Shown one piece after another: positions 50,006-64,000 of a stretch of DNA of 64,000 nucleotides (position 1 is its first letter; each line of letters begins with the position of its first letter). The translations under genes and the position numbers were made by a program. Source of the stretch: Octopus bimaculoides (Eukaryota). The stretch lies in assembly GCF_001194135.2 (NCBI RefSeq), contig NC_068984.1:81258062-81322061 (forward strand), in the 5' to 3' direction. The notes beneath the pieces are model-generated. The model had not been told where the DNA came from, did no database searches, and saw only the letters and a list, made by a program, of their open reading frames with translations.

Positions 50006-53000
50006 CAGTATTTTCAAACGGGAACAAAACATGTGGTTGTTGATACCTAACATAAGGAGGGTGATGTCAATCATAACAGTTGATAGCTAGACATATGGCC
50101 TGTAAAAGCTGTGCATTGCACAGGAGACTTTCCAGTGCTCTCTGGAATATTCCCTTTGTAGTGTTTCTATCAGAATGTTAGAATATCAAAATGAAAGGGA
50201 GTACAAAAACCCCTTTTTATAATTTAACCAATTTTATCATTGCTACACTTAAGTGGTCCATAATATGAATGAATTCTTTAGCCACTAAAAGTTTCTTGCC
50301 TATGTTACCTGTTGTATTATACTTGTGTCAAAGCAATGAAATGATTTGTGGCCAGCCAAACTGCTAGAAACAACAGTCAAATCTTCCTTAAATCAAATCT
50401 ACCATTTAAAAAAAAAAAAGGATTGGATAATGTGGTCCGAGGTTCCCTGCACACTGAGAAAAATATGATATGGTTATGAGTGAAATACCTTTGATCAATT
50501 CAATCAGAGCTAACCTGGAGTTAAACAACAATAATAAACTACATAGCATTATAGTTTTAGGGTCAAATGATGAAATATTTGGAGTAATATCCTAATTTAT
50601 CTTACTGTGAAGAAAGATAGTAATTAAGAAAAAAAATGTTATTAATAGTATGAGTTTCAAATATGAATTGTTATGACATAGCAAAATTAATTTTGAATAG
50701 TTGCCTGCTTCGATTAATTCTTCAGGTTTGTTGAAATAAAACATTCTATAAAGATTTGCCGTTTCCATTCATTTCCTCAGTATTATGTTTGCATTATCGT
50801 ACAAGGACTACTAACTAGACATAATTTTACATTTTATCAGAATACACTTCCTATTAGTTAGTGATACTCAAATTATTTAAAAGTTCTTTACATTCTTCAG
50901 TTTCAATATCAAATTATTTAATTAAAATACCCAAATAAAATTTTCAATTTTTCTCCCCACCCCTCCTAAGCTTGGACTGTTTCATCTGTGTGGTATTCCT
51001 TTCTCTACATCCCCATAGCCAAATGATTAACTTATTGTTGAAAAAAAAAAAAAAAGATCTAATATTTATATCGTGCTATTTTATTTAGTTCATAAACACA
51101 ATATTAATTACAATACATATATTTTCCTAGGACAATCAAATCACAGTTCTTCCCTTGTGTCTATGAACAAACAAATGTCAAAATAGACTGAGCAATTCCT
51201 TGCTCTATGATACCCAGTTTTAATGATATTTAGAAAAAATAATTAGTTAATGGTATAAAATAGACAGTAAATACAGAAATAATTGCTGGAAAATTTAATT
51301 GACATGCTTGCTTTTTTTTTTTTTTAGTCATTCCAGTTTAGTTTGCATGTTGATATTGTTGTGCACATACTGCTTACACATTCTATCCACTACTCAGTCA
51401 TTTTAAAACTTTTGTGTTATGAAAAAGCTGAAAACTGATATCTAACAACAGAATCTCCTGCTTATTCCTTCACTACTAAAAAAGAATTAATGAAGTTTCA
51501 TAGTTCGAATTATGAACAAAGCATAAAAGTTACTGCAGGTTGAAACTTTGCACACATCTGCTGTTGTGAAATTTATAAAAGAAAGAAAAAGATGCATTTA
51601 TAATAATAATAATAATGATAATAAAAATTTTAAAAACCTTCACTGTTGCTGTTGCCATCATTATTTTAAAGCCTACTTTTCCATGCTTACAAGGTTCAGA
51701 CAGAATTCACTGAGGCAACTTTCCTACACACGAATGTCCGACCTGTTTTCAACCTGTTTCCGAGCAAGGTAATATTTTCCCATGGCCATGTTTTTCCATA
51801 CACAATACTTGAAAACAAATGACATTGATTGTATGACAGTGACACTTGTTTAGACCATCATGTGATGTTAAGAGAGACACACATACACACACACATACAT
51901 ATGCACATGACAAGCTTCTTTCAGTCTTCATTTGCCAAATTCACTCGCAAAGCTTTGTTTGAATCAGGGAAATAGTAGGGTGCCGTGTAGTGAGACTGAA
52001 CCTCAAACCACATGGTGGCAAAGTAAGCTTTTTTAGCACAGACCCATATCTGTGCTTTCATGTAGACCAAATATGAGTAGCAAAGCTGCATTGCATGATG
52101 ATCTTGAAATGTGCAGCAAAGAAACATCAAGCAGTGAATAAAAAAAATTTAAAAAACTAGACATTTGTTAATTATTTGTAAATGATTTATTGAATTAAAT
52201 TATTGGTTATATCTAAATTGTGTTCTTTCTTTAACACTTTATATTAACAGTTCTTCATCAACAGGAATGTAACCATCATTTATAACATTCTTTCCTTGTG
52301 AGTAAGCCTCTCACTTAATCTTTCAATTTACAATTGGGCGTTCAGAACCAACTCAATGGATCATTAAGCCGAGATATTCTTTATTTTAAAAGATTATTTC
52401 CAAATAATAAATCTGTATAATTATAAAAGCTATCTTTTTAAACAGTAATTTTAATTGTAAATATTAAAATTTGTAGATATTTGATTCTTCTTAAAATAGG
52501 CACAAGGCATTAGAAGTGCATTTAATTCCTTCCTTCTGAAATGTAGACTTTTCTCCAATTTTCTTTTGGATCTCATTATGCTGTTTTAATATGCGCCAAT
52601 ATACACAAATTCCCAGACATCAATGCGAATTATGGTACAGAACCAACAACAGACATGGAAACATATTCTATGCTCTACAAGATTGTTCAAAAATGTATAC
52701 TGAACCTTCTGATGTCACACAAGGAAAACAAAAACAGTATTTAACCCCACACACTTTATACAATGTATACACACACTACATGTGTGTGTGGTGTGTATAT
52801 GTATATCTATCTATGTGTCTATCTATCAATCTATACACACACACACAATGAAGTAGAAAATTGGATTCAGAGAATCAAGCAGAACTCATAGTAAGCATTC
52901 CCACAGGAAATTGGCTATCAGTTCACACAATTATTAAATTACAATGTATGAAGAATTTAATTCATCAATGCAGCTTGAAAATCCAGGATACACAACTGTA

Positions 53001-55708
53001 GATATTTCCATGTGGAGTCAACAATAACCATAAACTCAAAAGAAATCATCATCATTTTATGTTTGCTTTCCAAGGTGGCTCGGACTGGATATGCTCAAAG
53101 TTTATTTGGAGTTACCTTCCTCTTTGACATGATCAGTAAACTACATTTTGCTTGTACGCTCTATATAGGCATGGTTTCCACAGCTGTATGTCCTTCCTAA
53201 CACCAACCAATTTTACAGATTGTGCTAAATACATTTGTCGTGTCTTAAACAAGACTGTCCCCACTTGTTTACCAATCTCTTTACAGAGTGTACTGGGTGC
53301 ACTCTATCACAGCACCAAAACTAGTGAAGTTGCTGCATTCATTCATTTAATGCAAAAGCCTAAAAGTCTCTGCTTGTTCTCTCCTGCTAGCTAGTATTGA
53401 GAGTGAATAGATGAAATACTTGGTGGCTAACCCCAGCTTATCACTGCTTTTACTGCATATTGAAGGGCTGCTCTGCAGCATTCGGTAACAGGACTGAAAA
53501 AGATGCAGCAAGGCATCTTTCCAACCCTCTGATAATACAATAGTCCACTTTTCTGGACTTGTACATTATTCAACCTCAAAACAATGGAAAGCAAAATGAT
53601 CTAGGTGGGATCTGAACTCGAAAATGCAGGAAACCAGAACAAATGTGGCAATGCATTCTAATCAACAGTGCCAATTTAACACAATGCGAATATGTGTATA
53701 TCTGTTCATGTATGTGTGTAGTTACACACACACACACATATGAAGAGAAGATGATATTAGACCTAATAAATGAAATACCAGTTACAAATATATAAATATA
53801 TATATAATTCTTTTAATAGGTCAATTAGACAAAAGCTTGTGAGAAAAAAAAGGGAAGAATCTCCACTACACCTCCAGGTTTTGTTCCAACACTGTACTGA
53901 TAAGTCAACTGCACTTTTAATTTGTGACTGTTAAATGTTATTATACATAACAGGTTCACTGTCATAATTAATACTCTCTATTTTTTTTTTCATTACTTAT
54001 CATGATATCAGACTTGAGTGAAGCAAATTGATATCTTTACAAAAATTATTTTCACTAGAACTGATGAAGATTATCAAATAATGAAACATTTTTTTTTGCT
54101 TATTTTTAACTAAAGAATAATTATTAAGAAAAATGAATTAGTTTCTTTTGATAAAAGAAAAACAAACAACAATAATGATGATGATGATGATAATAATAAT
54201 AATAATAACGATGAGGATGATGATTATAACAATAACAACTTCATAAGGAAGTAAGGAGGAGAATGTAAACTATTCCAGACTTCTTATAAATAGAAAGAAT
54301 AAACTAATGCTTTTAAGCTTTTCTCATCAGTATGAAGTCATAGAATGGAAGATGTGTGAAGATGTGTCATATGGCAAGCTACAATGCCTAGCAAAGGTAA
54401 ATAATAACTGTGAAGGTGAAAAAGTAATCAACAATGAAAAGAACATGCAAAAACAAAAACAACACATCTGGTAATGATAAACAGCACGATATTGACAGGG
54501 TAAGTTATGCTGCAGCAGGTCTTAGCTTTCAATACACAGATGCTTTCATTACGTTAACAGATATCAATTCAGTTTAGATCACACATAAAGAAGAATGGGA
54601 GAGAAAGATACAAAGAAAGACTATGGCAAATAGCTTTGAGAGAGAGTGATTCTACACCTATCATTTTGTACCTGCATTTCCATGCTAGCAATAGGTTGCG
54701 TAGAATCAGTTAATTTCGAAAACCAGGAACCTTCTATCTCTACTTATCCCCCATCACTGTCTCTCTTGCTCTCTTTCTATCTATTTATCTTCTATCTTTA
54801 TCCTTTATTTGTTTCAATCATAGGACTAGGGCCATGCTGGGGCACCACCTTGAAGGGTTTTGCCAAATAAATTGACCCCAGTACTTACTTAATTTTTTCT
54901 TTTAAAGCTTAGTACTTACTCATTCTATCAGTCTCTTTTAGCTGAACTGATACTTTACAAGGATGCAAACAAACCAACACCAGTTATCAAACAGTGGCAG
55001 AGGACAAACACAAACACACACACACACACACAATGGGCTTCTTGCCCTTTCTGCCAACCAAATCCACTCACAAAGCTTTGGTTGGCCTGGGGCTACAGTA
55101 GACATTTGTGCAAAGTGACACAGTGGAACTCAGAACCATGGTTAAGATGGAAACTTCTTAACACACTGCAATACAAGTTTATGTATACACATGTATGTGT
55201 GTGTGTGTGTATACGTCGTCGTCGTCAGCAAACCCAGCTATTTAATATTTCTTTGAAATCAGTTATCAAATAAAGAAAAAAGAAAAAAAAGAAAATTAAA
55301 CCTTTTAACAGTTAAACTAGCCACATCCAGCCAAAAATATTCTACTTGCTTTATGTTCAAACTGGCCAGAACCAGCCTCTCACACCTACCCTACAATGTC
55401 CTAAACATAAACAATCACATCATCGAAATCGCAAAAGCTACAAGCTAATGCATGATTAATTCAAAAGCAATGTGAATAAATAAGCATTTCATTTTACAGA
55501 GTAATCTCTGAATGCTAAAATGTTAAAAGAAACTTAGAAATCATTGAAAAGAACTTCTGTGATGAATATGATGTAAGAGAATGATAGAAGCCGTAAATTT
55601 TCAAGTGGGCCACTTTATAAACTAATAAGTTAGAAGAAGAATATCATGCGAGTAAGGGTGTATGTGTGTCAGAGTGAGCAAGTGTGTGTGAAACTAAATG
55701 TTATTAAA

Positions 55709-55720
55709 AGTAGTAGCAGC

Positions 55721-55782
<62 letters not shown>
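55709..55782. repeat. (TAG)n microsatellite
   Basis: Nearly pure run with two CAG interruptions. Confidence 0.95.
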
Positions 55783-56646
55783 AAGATATAATAAGCAAGC
55801 GGCATATAAATAATTGAAAACATATGGTCTGCCAGCATTCTGGGTTTTTTTTTGTTGGTCGCCATTCAAGCTACAGGCAGGAAAAGTTTTAAGAGCATTG
55901 CATTTCTGCACAGTCAAGCGCTAGCTAATTATATGCCTAGCTAATCATACACGAGAATGAAAGCGTATAAGTAAGTAAGACAATTAATAAGGATTTGGTT
56001 GCAATCAAGCAAGAAGAAGAACAACAACAAAAAAAAAAACAACTATAATTAATAACAACACCAACAATTCAGCAATGGCCTTAAATGTAAATTTCACATC
56101 TGACTGGTACTTTGTAAAAAGTTAAGTCTTTACTTAAAGTATCATAATACCCTTTCATGATAGAATGCTTTCCAACTTTCTTTGTAGATATGAAATAAAA
56201 GGGTTCTCTCTCACAATGAAGAGAAAGAATCAGAGATGAGAAAACAAACTTAAATAGATAAAAAATTTTAAAAAGTAAAAAAAGGAAAGAAAAAGGTAAA
56301 AAGTGAAAAAGAAGAACAGAAAGAGCAGAGGAAAAGAACTTAAAAACTCAATGACTCTTAATTTGCTTTCCTCTTGAAAACGCAAGTTGGAACTTCCTTT
56401 CACATGTTGCACCCCTCTCATGTACACCCACTACAGTAGGAACACACATGCACATACACACACACACAGCGTTGCTACAATATGTAAAGTACTTTCTCCA
56501 ATTGATGGAAATTGCAAAACGAAGTTTTTATAACATAATGACATGAAAATTACAGAAACAAATAAAAGGGGGAAAACCCTCCCCCTCCACACCCCCACCC
56601 CTATCTAGCTAATCATGAATACAGATTTTAATATAATAAGCCTTTT

Positions 56647-57680
56647 AAAGGCAGTGAGCTGGGAGAATCATTAGGATGCCAGGCAAAATGCTTAGTGACA
56701 TTTCGTCTGTCTTTATGTTCTGAGTTCAAATTCTGAGGTTGACTTTGCCTTTTGGAGATCGATAAAATACCAGTTGAGTACTGGGGGTCGATGTAATTGA
56801 CTTACCTCTTCCCCTGAAATTACTGGCCTTGTGCCAAAATTTTAATGCTTTCAATTATAGGCACAAGGCCTGAAATTTTGTGGGGGTTGTGTTTTATCAA
56901 CCCCAGTACTTAACTGGTACTTAGTTTATTGACCCACAAAAGTATGAAGGACAAAGTTGACCTTAGGGGAATTTGAACTCAGAAGGTAAAGATAGACCAC
57001 GTGCCACTTAGCATTTTGTCCAGTGTGCTAATGACTCTGCCAGCTCACCACCTTAGATTTTAATGTAGTAATGAAGTTTAATTAGTAGTACAATTAGTAG
57101 TACATCACTCTGATAGTAATAACTGCTCTGACATAAGCACAAGGCTTCAAATTTTGAAGGAGAGGGTTAGTTATTACAACAACTGCAGTATTCATCCGGT
57201 ATTTTATAGTTCATCAATACCTCGAAGGGTAACAGACAAAGTTGACTTTGGTGAGATTTGAACTCAGAATGTAAAGAAGCAGAAGAAATATCAGTTTTAA
57301 ATTTTGGCACAAGGCCAGCAAGTCTGGAGGGGTGGGTAAGTTGATTACATTGACCCTAGTACTTATTTTGATATTTATTTTGTTGACCCCCAAAAAGATG
57401 AAAGGCAAAATTGACCATGGCAGGATTTCAACTCAGAATGGGGCCTCTTCTCTGATAATAGTTATCCTCTTTAGTATAGGCACAAAACCTGAAATTTTGT
57501 CGGGAGGAGGCCTGTTGATTACACTAACCCCTGTAGTCAACAGGCACTTATTTCATCAACCCTGAAAGGATGAAAGGCAAAGTTGTCTTTGGTAGAATTT
57601 GAACCTAGAACATAAAACCAGACAAAATGCTAGTGAGTATTTTTGTACGGTGTACTAATGATTCAGCCAGCTCACCACCT
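56647..57680. mobile_element. Cluster of five family-M SINEs (one plus, four minus)
   Basis: Repeated aggcacaaggcc..aaatt tails and gaaaggcaaagt..gaatttgaactcagaa cores at about 56647, 56859, 57140, 57300 and 57475. Confidence 0.8.
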
Positions 57681-57714
57681 CCATGCTGACTGTAATAATA
57701 AGGTTCATGTTAAT

Positions 57715-57748
<34 letters not shown>

Positions 57749-58921
57749 TGAATTAATGGAGCAATTTATAATGTTTATAGTGGTAATGATTTAAGAAAAT
57801 ATTGTTCAGCAAAAATAACAAAAGTGAAAAAAAGAAAGCTAGTTTTGGCATTAGTTATCCATTAGTATCTATTAGTTTGTTGTGTGTCAGAGTTAAAAAT
57901 AATAAACAACACAAGAAATTTATAGTAAGCTATTCGTAAACTGGGTGTAGGTATACCTTTTACTTTTTTCGGTCATAAGAGTGTGGCCATGCTGGGGCAC
58001 TGCCTTGAAGAAGTTTTAGTCAAATCTATTGACTCCAGTAGTTATTTTTTAAAACCTGGTACTTATTCTATCAGTACCCTTTGCCAAACAGCTAAATTAT
58101 GAGGACATAAACACAGACACAAAGGCATACACACACACATATATATAAGTATATCATCATCATCATCATCGTTTAACGTCCGCTTTCCATGCTGGCATGG
58201 GTTGGATAGTTTGACTGAGGACTGGCAAGCTGGTATGCTCCAAATTGATATATATATATACATATACACACACAATGGGCTTCTTTCAGTTTCTGTCTGC
58301 ATTGACAGAATCTGTGTGGATGCTCATTAGACATTTGTGTATTTGTGCTTGGATTATAAACATAGTCTGTTATCCATAGGCACACTGCCTTATTTTTCTT
58401 AAAAGAATATATATATTATTTAGAGAAAGAAGGGCAAAGCTCATGGCATTGTTTTGGACCAAAACTGGTGGAATGGACAGAAGTTATTTCAGATCAAGTT
58501 TGCTCTTGTTTTTCTTTCCTTTCATCAGGCCATACTGTTTTTTTGTCAACCATCAGAAACACATTTTACTTTTAGAAATAAATCTGCATACTGAGTTCAA
58601 ACTCTGCAAAAGTCAACTTTACTTTTCATCCTCCTGGTGTTGATAAAAAAAAAAAAGTAGCATTTGAGCACTGGAGTTTTAATATAATCAACAAAACCCT
58701 TTCCCCTAAAATTTCAGGTTTTGTGCCTATATTAAAAAGGATTATCATTATTTTTTTGCGTCAAATCTGGGTTCAAATTCTGTTGAGGTTGACTTTGCCT
58801 TTTTGAGGGTCATTAACAATAACCTCAATATAATCACTTAACACCCTGCAGCAAAATTTCAGGCTTTGCACCTCAAGTAGTAAGGATTATTATTAATAAT
58901 AACAATAATAATAATAATAAT

Positions 58922-59272
58922 GATAAAAAGGAAGAACGGTACTATGCCAGAAGGTAAGGAAACAGAAAAGATTGAGAAATACCAGCGGGATGAGATGGGA
59001 AAGTTATGGGGCATAAGGAAAGTAATGTTGATACTGGTAGTAATCGGAGCATTAGGAGCAGTTTCCAAGGGCTTTGAAAAATATATTAAGAATATTGGAG
59101 CTGCTGTCAGGCTCGAGGTGATCCAGAAGACAGCACTGTTGGGTACAGCTCGCATTCTAAGGAGAGTATTGTCTCTTTGAGTCACAGGAGAGGGCACTAC
59201 TCGAAACTTTTGGTGATTTGTTATCGCCCTAAAGAATAACCGGTAATTTAGAACTATCCAAGAGTCTTTCAG
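58922..59272 (+). mobile_element. 5'-truncated R4/Dong-like retrotransposon, second subfamily
   Basis: EKIEKYQ..E.GKLWGIRKVMLILVVIGALGAVSKGFEKYIKNIGAAVRLEVIQKTALLGTARILRRVLSL* (stop at 59178-59180); (AAT)n on both flanks. Its 3' UTR is unrelated to the 19800 copy. Confidence 0.8.
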
Positions 59273-60625
59273 AATAACAACAACAATAATAATAATAACA
59301 AGTACCAGTTGAGCACTGAGATCAATGTAACTGAATTAGCACTGAGATCAATGTAACTGACTTAACTACTCTTGGGTAAGAGTATAAAAGCTGCACCTTT
59401 CTGCCAAGCCATGTCATGTCAGTGTGGCAGAATTGGCTCATTAAACCAGGATGATCTGAAGCTCAGATTCACAGCATCCACATCAGAACATGGTTGGTGA
59501 AGAGAACATGCTGAGGCCTTCGTCCTGCATTGGACATTCCAATCCAATAATAATAATAACAACAATAATAATTCCATTAAAAAACAATTTTCTCTTGCTA
59601 GGGATTGGCATTACAAAAAGATGTTGAAATCTGTCTTAACAAATCTTGTCCCACAAGCATGGAAAAAATGGTAAGATGATACACACACACACACACAGAG
59701 TATAAAAACAATTGAACAATGAAAGTGGAAACTAACATCAAAGAAATGAATGTAATTTTGAACGATGGGTAAATAAATACTCTTTCTTTTACTTGTTTCT
59801 GTCTACATTTGAAGGAGGAAAGGGAGGAGGTGAATGACACCTTCAAGAGTGCAGTTTATTATCTAGAATATATCTCAGGCAGATGAATGGTTGAGAAGCA
59901 ACTCAGGTGCAGAGCAATTTCAACTCTCAATTAAACATCACAATGTATTTGCACACTGCTCTACTGATTCTGCTATATATATATATTACACACACACAGT
60001 AGACATAGTAGCATGTATAATTAGTAAGGAAGTCTGCCTTGCAATCATGAAGGCCTGAAATCAATAAAACTCTTTAGCATCTTGGACAAGTGTCTTTGAC
60101 CAGTCTCGGGCTGATCTGAGTGCTGTGAGTGAAATTGGGTCAATGGAAACTGTGTAGAAGCCTGATGGATGGTCTGTACCTCTCTCTATTTCAAAAGGTT
60201 CATCTTTGTCACTTTCTGTGTCACACTAATTCTGTTTCAGAATAACAATAAAAGGCCTACATGCCTACAGATGGTAGAGGTGAATGGTGGAGTCTTGGAC
60301 CTGCCTATATGTTGGTGCACCAGACCAAGCCTAACTGTGAGTCAACCTTTCTCAAAAATATATCCTTAGTATGTTTTCAATCCAGCCCGCTGCAAGCTAA
60401 TAAAATGTTAATCAAATACATACCAGTCTTCTTACTGTTTATTGTAGTAAGTTTTAACCATCAAATTATTTACATGTAATTTAGTTGGATAAGAACACCG
60501 AGAAAGAAGAAAGGCAGTAAACTGATAAAGTAGTTAAGAGTGAAAGATACTTTGCCATATTTGATCCAACTCAACATGGTCAGAGTTCAAATCTCACTGA
60601 GATAAATCTTGCAGTAGAGAATCTG

Positions 60626-60660
<35 letters not shown>

Positions 60661-61025
60661 CATGCATGTATTTATAAAATACATGTTTGTATATATGCAT
60701 ATTACACATATGCAAATATATGTACACGTGTGTGCGTGTTTATGAATTGTGTGTTTGTATGAATATGCAGGTGTCTGTATGCATTGTTTTGCTGCCCCTC
60801 TTAACATCACATGACTTGGCAGTTTCAGAAACAAATAATACAAATAAAAAGGACCGGACTTGAATAAGTACTGGGATTAATATGATAGACTAAAACCCAT
60901 CAAATTGTGCTCGAGCATGAAAACAATCCAATGACTAATCTATAAATTGAGGAATAAATGAGTATGGTGTAATAGTTTCCAAATTAAAACACCCGCTAGA
61001 ATTTCTTTTCTTAACTTAGACATGA

Positions 61026-61253
61026 AACCCTTTAGCATTTAAACTGGCCATATCCGGCCAAAATATTCTACCAGTTTCATCTTCAAACCAACCACATCCA
61101 GCCTCTCACACTTATGCTACAATGTCATTCTAAAATTAAACAATCACACCATCAAAATCTCGAAGCTACATTGACGGTGCATAATTAATTGAAAAACAAT
61201 GTAAATAAATTAGCATTACCTGCGACAGTGTAATCAGAATGTTAAAGGATTAA
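61026..61253 (+). mobile_element. piggyBac-like MITE (CCCTTTAGCATT...AATGCTAAAGGG family); copies at 55296-55526, 61671-61836 and partial about 24685-24786
   Basis: Terminal inverted repeats with TTAA-like flanks; body (cagcctctcacac..tacaatgtc..aagctaca..taattc) is shared across four loci. Confidence 0.65.
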
Positions 61254-62424
61254 ATTAACTATTGGGGTTTGAACTAAGGAAGATAAGGAACTTAAGCAGA
61301 AGTTCTTATTTAACATATTCATGATATATTTCTATTAAATACACTATCAATGTGTTTCACTTAGTTCTGGAAAATTATCACCATTAAGGACGGATTTACT
61401 AAAATTAACCCTTTCATATTTATATTTTTTTAGTGTTGCATGTTCTGTGTTCTGCATGTTTGCTACAACATATAACTTAAATTCATGCTACAACAGATGA
61501 CTTTAATCCACGTATCCAGCTTAATACAAGAGGACAGGCAGGCTTGTTTATTCAGTGAAACAAAAGATTCTGGAGGGAAAAACCTCATATTACTGTGGCT
61601 TTACTTGGATGAATACCTTGCTGGTGTTTGGAACACAATTCAACAAAAAGTTATTAATTAAAATTAATTTTTAACTTGATAGCATTTAAACCAGCCATAT
61701 CCAGCCTGTCACACCTATTCTAACAATATGATCCTTAGGACATCATTGAAATCTCCCAGAGCTACAACGTAATAAATAATTAATTCAAAACAATGTTAAC
61801 TAATCATTTGACAGTAATCTAAATGTTAATAAGTTAAATATGAACACTCAAAAAATATACTGTTCTGTATTATGGATACCCTTAAAGCCAGGAACTTTTC
61901 AGCACCTCCACGTAAATATAACATACTTCTACACTCAGCTTTCATATGGATTTCTGTAAATTAGTGAATCACGAAGAAATTACTTAACCCTTTTAATAAC
62001 AACTATCCTGAGACATGTTTTAAAACCTCTATCATATTTTCATTATAACATAAATGAGGATTCAATTGGTCAACATCCATGTAATTTAGAGCAATATATT
62101 AGGTTACAGACTTTCGACAGAGGCATTTGAAATCTAGCTTATACTGAAAATTAATTAAAGCACATAGGCTGCTAATAGATTAGAAATATGAACATGAAAG
62201 TGTTGGGTAATTAACTATAAATAACTTTTCACAACCAAAAATGTGGTCCATATAATCTACTAGAAAATATTAGAGTCAATCACAGGGTCAAAATATTGGT
62301 GGGTATCCACACGCATGCACACACACACGTACATGTTTACCCCAATCTTTACAAATTAAAATAAAAAAAAGTAATAAACACAAGTTTCACTTAGCTGGAA
62401 TAAAGTGTATTTATTACAGGATAT

Positions 62425-62455
<31 letters not shown>

Positions 62456-62566
62456 NNNNNNNNNNNNNNNNNNNNNNNNNNNNNNNNNNNNNNNNNNNNN
62501 NNNNNNNNNNNNNNNNNNNNNNNNNNNNNNNNNNNNNNNNNNNNNNNNNNNNNNNNNNNNNNNNNN

Positions 62567-62598
<32 letters not shown>

Positions 62599-62997
62599 TT
62601 ATTTGCAACAGAAACAGCATTAGTTCTGAATAGTAAATCTGTGTATCTCACATAACACAGAAAATTTTTTTTAACTAGTTTCAGCTTGAGAGCTGCAAAC
62701 ATACTACAACTTATGCAACTGATACTTGTTTTATAGCACTCCTACCATAGTTAATTTTTGGGTGAATGGAGGAGTTTAATGTCACTGACCTCAGATGCAC
62801 ACTTGCTATAACACTGATTCACACAGAACTGCAGATACTAGAGTATCCAAGTACTTCTTGAATATATCTATATCCACTCCATATAAATTTCTCAATTTCT
62901 TGGGGATTTTCAAGATTTAAGTAGTTGCACTAATTGGTTGTGAATTTTGATAGAGAGGGTGTAATCCTCAAGACTATACAGTAAGGATCAGTTCTGT

Positions 62998-63370
62998 GAG
63001 TGATATAGCTCTTGGTACCAAAGTTTGGTACTAGCCCAAGCTCTTCCTTACATAAATTACTGAAATTCTTTCTCATCTTCTTTCCAGGAAGTGGATGACC
63101 AGTGATGGGACTATGACTAGTTTAAATAATAAAGTTCTCGATACCAAACTTGGTGCAAGCCCTTCGAAACTTTTCTATATATAAATCACTGCATATCTTT
63201 CTCTTCATTCCAAGAAGTGGAGTCCTATAGGACTGTGCAGTGATGAGCAATTTTGTAAATGATAAAGTTCTCAATATCAAAACATGGTGCTAGCCCTTCA
63301 AAACTCTTTTATATATAAATAAATCACTGCATATCTTTCTCATCTTCTTTCCAGGTAGTGGAGTCCTAGT
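62998..63370. repeat. Diverged tandem array, about 2.8 units of ~130 bp
   Basis: aaagttctc..acca..ggtgc.agccc...ataaatcactgcatatctttctc..ttccag..gtgga recurs at about 63002, 63128 and 63261. Confidence 0.8.
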
Positions 63371-64000
63371 GCTTTTACTCCTCCCAGCAGCTCAGCTGTT
63401 GCACTGAGGCTATTTTTTTTCTATCAATACTGTATGGTGATTAGTAATGAACAACAGTTCAATCAGCCAAGACAATACGTTCTCAACAGAAGCACTATAG
63501 TTTCTTGTGTGCTTTTTTATACTGAATAATCTTAGAGGTTCATTTCAACAGCCTTTTGCATATCATTGCTACCTTAGTAATATGTACACAGTCATCATTA
63601 TTCATTATATACACACACAGAGACACACATATAACCCATGTTTGCGTGCAAGATGGACATTAAATGATGATATATACTCATATATTGTTTGTATCACGAC
63701 AGAACGCACGCGTTAACCTTTATACAGTAAGTTTTAACTATTTTTCTAACGCGACTCTCTCTATCTCTATTTCTATCTCCCCCTCTCATTCTTCCCTCTA
63801 CTGTTCTTTGCCTCTACCTGTCACTACTATCTCTCTCTCTCTCTCTATCTCTTGTTACTCGTCCTTCGCCTCTCACCGTTACTACTACTATCTCTCTCTC
63901 TCTCTCTCTACCTCTCGTTGCTCACTTTTATTCTACTTCCTCCCCTTCCTTTCCCTCTGCTACTCTTTCTCTTCACGTGTGTCCGGCTGCTATTTCTTTT

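Noticed and set aside
52560-52760. Open frames on both strands
   Set aside because: No paired splice sites and no recognisable motif.

Overview
AT-rich, repeat-dense animal genomic DNA with eight N gaps. It is most likely from an octopus (coleoid cephalopod). That assignment is an inference from the SINE families and the very high microsatellite density; no database was searched. There is no long ORF, rRNA, true tRNA gene, CRISPR array or CpG island, and almost all ORFs in the supplied track are spurious. The window holds the 3' end of one intron-rich minus-strand protein-coding gene that I cannot name. Its best exons are 14885-15046 and a probable terminal exon at 14508-14537 (...ELEEFEKSIHNSFNM|DPVGEKWFN*); weaker upstream candidates lie at 39254-39304, 29632-29697, 29477-29555 and 44596-44625. 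The rest is intronic or intergenic. It contains dozens of tRNA-derived SINE copies with modular heads and tails, several TTAA-flanked piggyBac-like MITEs, and one gapped piggyBac element with a transposase N-terminus. It also contains a mariner MITE, two R4/Dong-like retroelement 3' ends in (TAA)n tracts, RTE-LINE relics and a pogo/Tigger-type HTH fragment. The features most worth follow-up are three long fold-back hairpins (25326-25389, 30849-30957, 48554-48689), an inverted SINE pair bracketed by candidate poly(A) signals in the putative 3' UTR, a possibly exonised Tigger HTH, and a three-copy ~130-bp array with conserved internal inverted repeats. I could not demonstrate a new biological system from sequence alone; all such ideas are marked as inference.
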